DNA of 64,000 bases from Ruditapes philippinarum. Its lineage: Eukaryota. Both the position numbers and the translations under genes were made by a program. Location of the stretch: assembly GCF_026571515.1 (NCBI RefSeq), contig NW_026864768.1:124001-188000 (forward strand), read 5' to 3'. How positions within the stretch are numbered: the stretch's first letter is position 1; each line of letters begins with the position of its first letter. This document shows, piece by piece, positions 10,901 through 22,900 of the stretch. A model generated the notes under the pieces. The model saw only the letters and a list, made by a program, of their open reading frames with translations, was not told the DNA's origin and did not search any database.

Positions 10901-13900
10901 CCACTTCATAAAAGAGTTTGTTTTGTTTTGTTTTTTCTTTAAAAATGTGCATGAATTTATGCCATCCAATGTATTCAATGTTAAAAGTTAAGTCACATAA
11001 ATTGATAAAGAATAAACTATGTTTTGAACTGGTATTTTGTTCCTAGACACAGCTTTTAAATATGTTGTGTACATTCATATTAGATTTAACCTCATAGAAC
11101 AAGATTCAAAACTAAAGCTTAAATTATTGTGAATTTAATATTTTGCTTTGCAGTACATGTTTATCCTGCATTTTCTTTCTTCTAAATAAAATGATATTTT
11201 AAAAAGTCATTTTGCAGCTTTGCAGGTAAATTTAGGTATTCTAGGTTTAGTTTTGTACCATGAAAAAAATATTATTATTACAATTTACAGCCTCGTACCA
11301 TAGATACAATGAATTTAATAACAATTTACAGCCACATACCATAGATACATTGCGCTTTATTATAATTCACAGCTTTGTACTATAGATACAATGAGTTTTA
11401 TTACAGTTTACAGCCTCATATCGTGGTCGACGGGGTTAAGAGTCGATGACTTCTAATCAAGTTACCTCTCTGGCGTGGGTTTTATCCCCGGGTGATACTT
11501 TGGTAATTTAGCGCGGAGGAAGGTAGTCTAGTACTGGTGTAACTCTCCAGGAACAATGGTTAGGAAACTACTCGCCTATATGACTGAAATACTGTTGGGG
11601 AAAAGGTGTAAAATGAAACAAACAAACAAACAGCCTCATATCATAGATACTATGAGTTTTATTACAATTACAGGTTCATTATACAGATACAATGTGTCTT
11701 TGCCTCATAACCATAGATACAATGAGTTTTATTTTAGTTTTCAGACTCATATCTTAGATACATTGCACTTTGTTACAATTTACAGCCTCGTACCATAGAT
11801 ACAATGAGAAAGATTCTTTCTGCATCTCTTTCCCAGCAATCTGGACTGAAAATAAAGATCAGTGGCGTAAGACAACAGAAAATATTGATGCCTCCATGCA
11901 TGACTATTCTATATGTATCATTTGTCCATATAGATATAGAGTAGTTTTATGTTTAAAGCTGCTTGCCCCCAGATGAGTAAATGAATTTTAGAAGGAGAAA
12001 AAAACAACTTTTTAGAATCTTGTATCAAGTACTGTAACTTGTTATAATCCAAGTGACATTTTTCATATTCAGGCACAAATACATACAAATAGTATTGAAT
12101 TTACCATGTAACCATCACATGTCTACCATGATAATTACAGAGTGAAGTCTTTTTCTTCTTACAAAAAAAAAATTATGGTATTTACATTAATTATAGGTCA
12201 TTATTGAAGATATTAAGTTTTTCAGGATGGCTTAAATCACTTCAATTCCTTGACAAAATTTTAGCATGAATCTGGGGCCATGCTGTTTTAACCTGAAACT
12301 CAGTTTACCACCATGACAGATCTATGCTGATTGTACATATTCTACATTAGTAGATTCAAATGGACAAAATAATTCATATTTGTTAGATATCTTTAGTTTT
12401 TATAAAGACAGAAAGAACAACAATTTTTGTTGCTTTAACTATGCAATAAAAAAATTCTTACAGCTTAAAAAGGACATGATTTTTTGTCTTTTTAGGAACT
12501 AAAAATGTTTGATTCTTTATTGTCTGATTGTATCGAAGAAACAGTTTGAAATTATAATACAGTATGACAGCATTTACCTTGTCAAGAGGTTTCAAGTCAG
12601 AAAACAGCTTCTAAACAATCTCAATTCTTAGAAATATAAAAGATTGGTAGAAGCCTGTCTCAAGCCCCTGCTGCAGGCTGTTCAATTCTAATTATTGATG
12701 TTTATGCCCAAACTTAAAACATAGGAGCATACTTTGTTGAGGTCAGGCTGTATGTCCGTCCCTACATACATACATCGAGATCAGATCAATAACTTGAGAA
12801 GAATTCTATAACACTTGTCTTTCATTCTCATTCTTATCCATTGTGTAAAAATATTTTGTTTGTTATATATTTGTATGCACATTATATATACTTTCGGGAA
12901 TAAATCTGTTTAAACCAATAACTTGAGAATAAATAAGCCCTTGTTAATGAAAATTGGAAGGGACACTGTCCATGGACATTAAATGACCCTTATTGATTTT
13001 AGGTCAAAAGTGAAGGTCACTGAGGCCATACACTAGAAGTTTTCTGACCAATAACTAGAGAACAAATGGATGACATTTTATGATTTTGAGATCAATAGAG
13101 TAAAGTTCAAGGTCACAATGGCCTTGACCCTATGTTCGACCAATAATTAGAGAATAATTTAAGCCTGCAGTCTTAAGATTTGGTATGAAGGTTACCCATA
13201 ACTTGTAATTGGCACCTATTGAATTTGAGGTCATTAGGTCAAGGTTATTAACACTTTACTGTTATGATTGAAATATGCATAAAAATCAATATGCAAATAT
13301 ACCTCTGTGACAGCACATGAAGAAGGGGCATAGTGTTCAGTGGAAACATTTCTAGCTGAATTAACAAATTGTTACTTCAACAGTGAAGAATTTGTTTAGA
13401 GCTGGTGATGTCTGACATTATATATAAGTATAGATTGCATGGATGATATACTCTTGTTAACTGTTGTTTTACATGCCATTTTTCTTTTTGTTTCAGTTTA
13501 GACACTTATATTTACCTTATCCTTATAAGTTATAGAATTTATTTATGTTGAGTTATGTTTGAAACTATGATTGCTTACCTTCTCAGACTGCTTTAGAAAG
13601 TCATTTACTAACATGTGTTTTCATCAGTGTGTGCAGCAATTAATACTTGCCTTAGGCAGTAAGGACTGCACTCTTGCAATTTCTTTCCTCATTCTGAGTG
13701 GCTATTGTTGCTGGCTTGCAATATATATCCTCAGTCTGAGTGGTTAGTGCTAAGACTGCAATTTCTTCCCTCAGTCTGAGTGGTAAGTGCTGCAGATTTG
13801 CAATTTCTTCCCTCAGTTTGAGTGGTAAATGCTACAGACTGCAATTTCTTCCCTCAGTCTGAGTGGTTAGTGCTACAGACTTCAATTTTTTCCCTTAGTC

Positions 13901-16900
13901 TGAGTGGTAAGTGCTGCGGATTTGCAATTTCTTCCCTCAGTCTGAGTGGTTAGTGCTGCAGATTTGCAATTTTCATCCCTCAGTCTGAGTGGTTAGTGCT
14001 ACAGACTGCAATTTTTTCCCTTAGTCTGAGTGGTAAGTGCTGCGGATTTGCAATTTCTTCCCTCAGTCTGAGTGGTTAGTGCTGCAGATTTGCAATTTTC
14101 ATCCCTCAGTCTGAGTGGTTAGTGCTACAGACTGCAATTTTTTCCCTTAGTCTGAGTGGTAAGTGCTGCGGATTTGCAATTTCTTCCCTCAGCCTGAGTG
14201 GTTAGTGCTACAGACTGCAATTTTTTCCCTTAGTCTGAGTGGTAAGTGCTGCGGATTTGCAATTTCTTCCCTCAGTCTGAGTGGTTAGTGCTGCAGATTT
14301 GCAATTTTCATCCCTCAGTCTGAGTGGTTAGTGCTAAAAACTGCAATTTCTTCCCCTATTCTGAGTGGTTAGTGCTGCAGATTTGCAATTTTTTCCCTCA
14401 GTCAGAGTGGTTAGTGCTAAAAACTTCAATTTCTTTTTTCAGTTGAAGAGGTTAATGTTGTAGACTTGCAATTCCTTCCCTCTCTCTCCCCTGCCCCTTT
14501 TATTATGGAAGCGATAAAATCTGTTGCAAGTTTTAAGAGATGATTTTTTAGTCCAGCGAGCTTATAGAATGTTTTGGTTCTGTTTAGGGTTTCCATTTAC
14601 GCCTGAAATAACGCTTAGAGGGCACCTAAGGTCTTCTCCCACCATTTAAGCATGAAACTCACCATATAACCATTACAGTGTAGGTGTGATTTAAAAAAAC
14701 GACAACAAAGAATATCAAAATGGTGAATTATTTTAAAGGCAGAATTTTCATATTCCTTTCTCACTTTATTTCAGAAATGGAAATTACAACAAATGAGGGA
14801 ACATTTTAAAAATTCACTAAACCCCACGGCAGCTCCTAGTACATCCCTGTCATTGTTATCATCATTTACATCATCACCATCATCATCATCACCACAAGCT
14901 ATGTTTCCTACTATAGCTAGAAGTGTATGTTCGATTCACATCTTTTTCTTTCTTTTACTTTGCTTTTTGTAGCTTGTGCAGGTATGAAACATAGAATAGA
15001 AATTGTTTCACTATGTAATATTGTTTTCTGATAAATTTTGTTATTAATTTTGTTTTATTAAGATTGATCTTGATAGAATTTACCTGAGTTATCATCACCT
15101 GTAGGTAAAAAAATGTTTATTTTCTTGAGATTTCCTTGAATTCTGTAAATATTAAACACAGATCAAGCAGGATATTTAGTATTTGAAATTTAGAATTGTA
15201 AATAAAGACTATTGGTGTACATTTATATCAACATAATTATTTTCATGCCCTATCCCCGCTTCCTTTCACTACCCCACACATGAGGATGTTGGGGGGATGG
15301 GCAGTCTGTAGACAAAACAGTGGAATGTTGGGGCATTTGTGATGTCCTATGAACGCATTCCTAGTTTACTCATAGTAGTATTGATACAGGATCATCAAAA
15401 CTCAAAGATCTGCCATGTATTAAAATTTATTAAAAAAATAAATTATAGAGTCTAGACTTTGTAAATTGTAAATGACTGTAGACTGTAAAGCATTGATTGT
15501 GTGTGTTTTATCACAATGATGTTGCTTGTTTTCATTGTAATATCACTATTTTCAAACATGTTTACTTACTTATATATAAATCTATATAAAATTGTAGCAG
15601 TTCTGAATCATTTATAAGAATTTCAGGTTGATTTCATTATGTCGTATCCAACATGGGGTGGATTACATTTTAATGCTAATGCATTTATAAAACATTCTTT
15701 TTTTCAAGTAATGCAAGGTAATGATTACCGGTTATAACTAATTGAGACTCATATAAACTTTAAGTGAGTGACCTTTATCAAAATGACGTTCCATAAGTTA
15801 GGAAAATAATCACATATAAAGTATTAGATAACATTTATTAATTTATTATTATATTCTTCCAAATGAGAAGAAATATTGATGAAATAAAATTCGTATTTTC
15901 ATTTTCTGTATTACCTATCACTGTAAAAATTTATTTTTCATGGCAGTGAAGCATATTGTGTTGGTATATTCACTAGCACCTTGCTGGACTACTTTCTTCT
16001 AAATTCAGCCAATACACAAAATTAAAAGGGAATTCTTTCAAATCATCCAGTTAAAAAAAAGAAATAAAAAAAATTAATATTAAACAAAATATTCAAGTTT
16101 TTCTAATAATACAGGAGTTACTTTCATCTTATGGAATGAAAATTATCTTATTTCACTCATGGTTGCTGTCACTCGTGAAATTTTTATTTTCATATCACTC
16201 AATGAAATTAAATCCTGTATTTATAGAAAAAACTTGAATATCCTCTTGACAAATTTTAATTCTTTCATCAATTATGAAAATCTCCTGTTTTATTTTTAGA
16301 TGCAGCACAGTCAACATGCTCAAAACAATCAGATGGCAGCCTTAAGTCTTCTGCAGCAGAAAAAGCATGCATCAAGTTCGTACCAGATGACCTCCTTACA
16401 GAATCAAGAACGCATGGAAAGAACGTTTCTTGAGGATGTCAAGTAAGTGAACCATGTGTTACATAATATATTATGTTTGATATTGTTACATTGTTAAGTT
16501 GTTCATAATAATCTCAAATTTACATCAAATTTTATGTTTCAAATTATAATTTACATACAAAAGGGTGTGGCCAAACTCAAAAGTAGGACAAGTCTGTTAT
16601 AAAAAAGTGACAATTATTGTGAGGTATAAGTTAATGTACTCTATAAACTTGAATGTTATCTGTACCATAACTTCCTACAATGATGCAGACAGAGTTTTCC
16701 ACATATGCCACTGCCTGTGGATGTTTGATACCATCAGTGTTCCCCAGTATCTCTTGTTTATTTTTTCCTCTAGTATCCATGGTAACAATACTGTGAGAAT
16801 AATAACTGGTAACAAATATCTGACCACATGATTTTCTGCTCAGTCCATATATACCCTGAAACTTTTTATCTGTTATTTTTGCTTTTCTATTTCCATCTGT

Positions 16901-19900
16901 GTCAAGTGTAAAAACCCTCTTGTTGCCATCGGTAACAATGAGGTCATAGCCGTCAGTCCAAATATTTGCCATAACAGTGCTGCCCTTAAGGTCAGGACAG
17001 AAGATATGACGTAAAACAGAGCCTTTCTTGTTGTAAACTTTAATTTCCTGGCTGCTACATAGGATAAACAGATGATCTTGAAGATAACATATACCACCAA
17101 CATGAAATTTGTCTTTCTCCACAATAAAGGAATTGATTGGTACTAAAGATGTTTCACTCAATGATATGAATTGTAAGAAAAACTGACTACCAGTCAAAGA
17201 ACATACTAAGCAAGACACCTCTGATGACCCAGTTTTACACATAGCACCTGGTTGACCTTGAATTCTACAGCTTCCTGTTATCTTAAACTCTGCATCCAGT
17301 AACTTCAGCTTGTTGTTACTAGAATCAGCTATTACTATTTTATCATTATCCAACACACAAATATCTTTTACAAAGCATTGTAATGTATCTTCTCTCATTT
17401 TTATGTCATATTCACCAACAAGCATTGTTTTCTCTTGGGTGTTTCCCTCTTGAAATGCTACTTGATTCTGGCTGTCTGCCTCTTGAAGTGACTCCCATTG
17501 TTCATTCATGTTTGAACAGGTTTTTTGCTAGTACATTATTAAGCATTATTCCAGTTACAGAAATTTATTCTGGCCACGTTAGTTGTTTCCCTTGACATTA
17601 TAAATTTAATGAATCATATAATCCTTCATTACACTATCTTTCTCTCACAATCTTTTTATATGCAATTAATATATTGGAAATAAAATAAATATTTTGTTAC
17701 TATTATTTGTATATCATAGAAGATTAGCCAAGTGTTGACTTTGTTATTATCTTAAATATGATAACAGATAATAAGTCAGATTTTTGAGCTTTAAACTTTA
17801 ATTTATTGAAACAGAAGATACAGTTATCAAAGTAAACTTTGGTACATGTTTGGGATATTTTCCATGGGTCACTTGATTTATTTAGACTTATATTAGGTGA
17901 ATGCATTTGAGCCTTATGGCGTGAAACTACAAAGATGTGAGCTTGTAGATTTCTATAACATGACCCTCAGGTGAAAATCCTCAGGAAGTCACTTGCTTTA
18001 TGTAGACTATCTTATAGCAAAGCACATCTTATCTTTCTGTGGATAAATACTATGCCTCTATATTTGGCATATAGCATTGCTTAGTTGACCTCTTAAAAAG
18101 TTTTATGAATCTGCCCCACCATCATGTAGGTCATATAGTATCATAAGGATAATTAAAATAAAACATTTTTCAGACAAACCTTTTGATTGAGTCTCTTTCC
18201 TAATTAAAAAAAATATTTTTAATTTTTTAAACAAATGTACATTTGGGTGTATATTGCCCTGCCTTTGCAGTGCTTTTGTTAGTAAAATTGACTTCAGAGG
18301 AATAATTTTTTCTTACTTATTTATCTCCTTTTTTTATCTTTTTTTAACCAAAATAATGGTAAGCAGATGATTGTACTCTTTCAGCAAGGCAATTAATTGT
18401 AATTATTATTGGTACACAGATGAAACATCATAAAATATAGGTTGAGTTCAAATTTGGCTTCAGACAACTTATTTTTCAAAAAGTTGAGGTGGAAGGAGGG
18501 GTATAATTCACCTTTAGATAGTTCTAGTTCTTAAAAGCACCTCTGGGCTACCACATGCTGGGGGATCTTGAATTGAGAGGGGAGGGTAATCAGGGCTAAA
18601 AAACCCTTCTTTGTAGAGGCCGAATAAAGGCTGCCTCCCTAACCAAACTATCCTGTTTTTTTCCCCAGTTTGGTCCTCAAAATTCCCTAGTCTTTTGAAA
18701 TTTCCCATAGAATTTAGAACAAAATTTAATGATGGTGTTGAATTAAGGTCTTTTACTGCCTTATTGGTATTTCCCAGTGCTTTTCGCTTTTCTATTTTGA
18801 AGAACTTGTTAAAAGTTTGTGTTAAATTTGAGACCCCTTTTCCCAAAGTATGCTAAAATCAGGCATATTTTCCCCAAGAAAAAGGCTGAGGCCCCTTCCC
18901 AAAAAATGATGTTTTGGCCTTGGTAACACAAAAACTAGTGAAAACCATGATGCAAAAATTTTTTACTTGTGATCCTATCTGGAAAACTTGTAAAATGCCA
19001 AAAGGTATTTCCCCTTGTAGAAATTTTGCAACACCATCTGGTAAAAAGTCTTGCATCAGTGCCTGTATCATATTTGGAACCATGGGTATACAGAGGCGAA
19101 AGTTGAGAGTGAATGCATGTACAGACTGCGTTGGTTCTTTATTGATGGCAGTTTGTCACTTCAGGTTCTAGCATTTATTAAATTCACATCACATCTCACA
19201 CTTTGTCTTACTGATGTCCTTAAGTAAGATGAAATATAACTGAAACGATTCGGATCATGCTAAATTCTGATCAGAAAAAAATGAATATATTGGCACTAGT
19301 AAAAAATGAGTATTCATTCAAATGGAGTTAATTTATTTTAAATTTCATGACTTTTTATTTACAATAAAATGAAGTAATGGACTGTGGTGTTATGTTTACT
19401 ACAAACAAAATCTTGCAGTTTTAGAGGGGAAAAGCACTTCCATGTCCTAACAAAAGCCGGATGAGTTGAAAGAAAATGATTTTTATGTCTTCACAAATGC
19501 TGGCAGTATTTACAGAAAAAACTCTTTATGTCATTATGTAGATAAACATATTTTCTGTGTTAATAGTATTTCATGTTTTCAGTAAAATGAAGCCTGGTAT
19601 GACAGTATTGAGCAGACGTACAGGTGACATGTGGGAGAAGGGAACTATTACAGAAATATACAGTATTACCAGACCAGTGGATGAGGTAAGCATAGTCTTG
19701 GTTACTGTTATAATCTCATATACTTATTAATGGGCTCGAGTGCTGACTTTTAACCACTTGTCCCTCACCACTGTGAGTCGAACCTGTGAGGTACTTTTGA
19801 TTCTTTCATGTAAGCAATTCCAGCTAGCTTAAGGTGGCAAGTCTGTGGTCCAACACAGGTTCCAGCTTGTGCCTGAAATAATGCAAAGAGGGACACCTGA

Positions 19901-22900
19901 GGTCTTCCTTCACCACATTAGCTGAATAGTAGTCACCTTAATATTGTTTGTGTGACTTTAAAATTTACCAAATAAAAGTTTAATGTATTTTCGTCAATAA
20001 TTATTAATAGTTTAAAGTGATGGTGATTTATACTGCAACATCACCTGTAAATCAGTAATTGAATCTTGAATCTTTTTACTTTTCTAAAAATCTTAGTACA
20101 GTTTTCTCAAGTTTGATTTTATTGAAATATTTTGGCTCATCAGGAGACATGCACCTTTAACTGTAATGTGTGTACATGTAGCACTACTCAAATATTTATA
20201 AAGAATAACTTGTCTGTTTGATAGTATTCAGAGTGATAACATTTTTTATTTCTTTGCAGAGGAAATACAAGATCAAATTTGAGCAAAGAAAAATATCAAA
20301 GGTTGTCACACCTAAACAAGTGGCGTTTCTAGATAGTATAAACAAACCTGTTACTGTAGGAACCAGGATTATTGGTAACTTATTTCATATTTTGTTTAAA
20401 CTTATTTTTTTTTAATTCAGATAGCTAGGTTTTATCGAGCAACATGAAATGAAAGTTGTTGAATTAAAAGTTATAATACAGTAGAATATTTTGTTAAGTA
20501 AATGTTTCAGTTGATGTGAGAAAGCTGTTCGATCCAGCTCTGAATGTTCTATTTAAAGCAAAAGTGGTCACCTCTTAACTTCTTAAAGTTGCCACATGAC
20601 TTACCCCTCTGTCATTTTTATTTGGTTATACTATGATATTGTATGATATTGTATGGTTGTGTATGTTATAGCTCTATATAAAGATGAAGACACAGACGAT
20701 GCTTTCTATGCTGGGATTGTAGCAGAAGCTCCCAATGGCAGAAATGAGCTAAGGTAATGTATAGGAATTCACTACATTTTTATACATGTATATGCTATAA
20801 TAATATTGCACTGTAGACTAGCTAGTTAGGTCAGCAAGGAAAGGTTTCATGAATCATTTAAGTCCTAAGTGCAGTACTTCTTAAATTATAATGATTTGCA
20901 TGAAAAAAATGGATTTCTGTCCCATCTGTAAATGACTGAAATACTGTCACAGACTGAAGAGATCACTCTATTCACATACCTTAGTTTAGCACTGCTTGCT
21001 AGTGGTGACTGAATCTTGGTCTGTTCTGGTTTCTTAACTTCATGAAATACTTAAACCCTACTATCCCTAGGCTGAGAGACAGACTCCATAACCACTAAAT
21101 TTTAAATCCTTTACCACAGGTAAAAGTGATCTAAAAAAAGAAACAGTTTGGAAGATTTAGCATCAGTTGAACACTTTATAAATGAATAATTCCAGATTTG
21201 TGTTGTTTCTGCAAGAAACTGTTAACTTCTTCATATATAATACTGAGGAGTGTAAATGACAATCTATATACATTGTTGTTAGCCAGATTGTCATAAAAAC
21301 ATAAATCATAATCTGCAAGCTTTCTCCAACATAGATAATAAAATGACTTAACAAACATTACAGGTATCTTGTGTTCTTTGATGATGGTTATGCTCAGTAC
21401 TGTAGCTCCAGAGAAATTCACAAAGTATTCTATCAAAGTAAGTCATTCCATTTCAACCACAGGTATAATTCAAATGTAAATATGAGCATGTCTTTAAGTA
21501 ATGATAGAAAAAAATCACTATGTTTTTTGGTGAAAAAAAGTTTTAGGTCTTGAAAAAAATTTATTTTAATGAAATAAGTATAATATATAGGGGTTCTTCT
21601 TAACATTTTATTATTTCTAATGTTGAAAAGGAACTGAAATTTGTATTTTGTTTAATATGGTGTTTGTATATTTTATATTATAGGTAAGAACGTTTGGGAT
21701 GATATTCATCCAGACTCACAAGATTTTGTCAAAGATTATTTGGCTCAGTATCCAGAGGTAATAATTTAGTAGTAAAACTTCCCTTATCTTTTCTTCTGTC
21801 AGACAAACATATTGTTATATAGGTTTCCAAGGTTACTTGTTTTTGAAGGTCTAAGATACTATCAACCTTGAATAAAAGGGTTTGAGCCATACTCAAGTCA
21901 GGACGATGATTTCTTATCACCAGTACTGGTTAGTTCCAGGAAGTGAACTCGAAAATGATTAATATGAGTTTCAAATACTTGTTTTGCAATCAAGCTAAAA
22001 TAAATATGTTTAAACTAAATTAAATTTTAAAAAAAGCTGTTGCATTATTTAAATTCTCGATATGTTAGCAGGGCTGCTGACTTGCCATGTAACTAGTGTG
22101 GAGCCAGGTCTGTCAGTCTGTCCTTAAGGTGCTCTTGACAGATTATTTTCTATAAATTTGATATTGAAATTAACTATGGACAGTTCCAAATTCAAAACTT
22201 GGCAAGTAGACTATAGGTGTTTTCTTCTGAGTCCAATGATGTTGGCAATTTGTGTCACAAAATAAAGAATTTCTTGAATGACAGCAATATTTTTTTAGTT
22301 CATCTACAAATTGTGTAATCTTTAATTCAAAATTCATCACTACTTCATCTGTGCCCCTTGTGGCTGAGGGGTTGCCTTTACAGTTGAGACATTAGAATTG
22401 CAGGCACAGTTTATCCATGCATGATCGAAAGAGGTGACTGAAAGGGTTCAAATTATTGGAGTCTTGTGCATCTCTTTAAGCTCCAGCAGATGAGGTGGTT
22501 TTGATCACTGGTTTTGCTTAATTTGTAACACTTGGGGTTAGCCAAAATCATCTTTCCTGATTCGGCTCCATATAACTTAGACTATGTTGGTGATGCAATA
22601 AAACCAAAATCAAAACGGAAAAAAAAACAACATCTTTTTGTGATATGATATTTTACCTCAGTGACTCTGATTTTCTGTAACTGAAATTTTGTCAATTAAT
22701 GTAGGTATGTTTCTATTGTTTTGTTGAATTAAATTTTCGGCACTGTGTGTCTCATCATGTTTTAAGTAAGATATGTATTTGATATATTTGATATTACAGA
22801 GACCAATGGTACGTCTACACAAGGGACAGACAGTGAAGACAGAGTGGAAGGGTAAATGGTGGACAGCCAAGGTGGATGAAGTGGACGCGAGCCTTGTCCT

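Noticed and set aside
13665-14480. CRISPR-like appearance of regular ~42-bp repeats (also the ~167-bp array at 5.6-7.1 kb)
   Set aside because: The units are head-to-tail with no unique spacers, there are no cas genes, and the context is a eukaryotic intron.
16565-17595. Short ORFs overlapping the NHL gene (16565-16831 +, 16873-17124 -, 17383-17595 +)
   Set aside because: They are shadow frames of the 292-aa ORF with no independent support.
18514-19171. Three ORFs of 74-110 aa in SETDB1 intron 6 as possible upstream exons of the NHL gene
   Set aside because: There is no B-box, RING or coiled-coil pattern and no convincing splice path. The region looks like repeat remnants (CAGGGCTAAAA...TTTTGGCCTTG ends).
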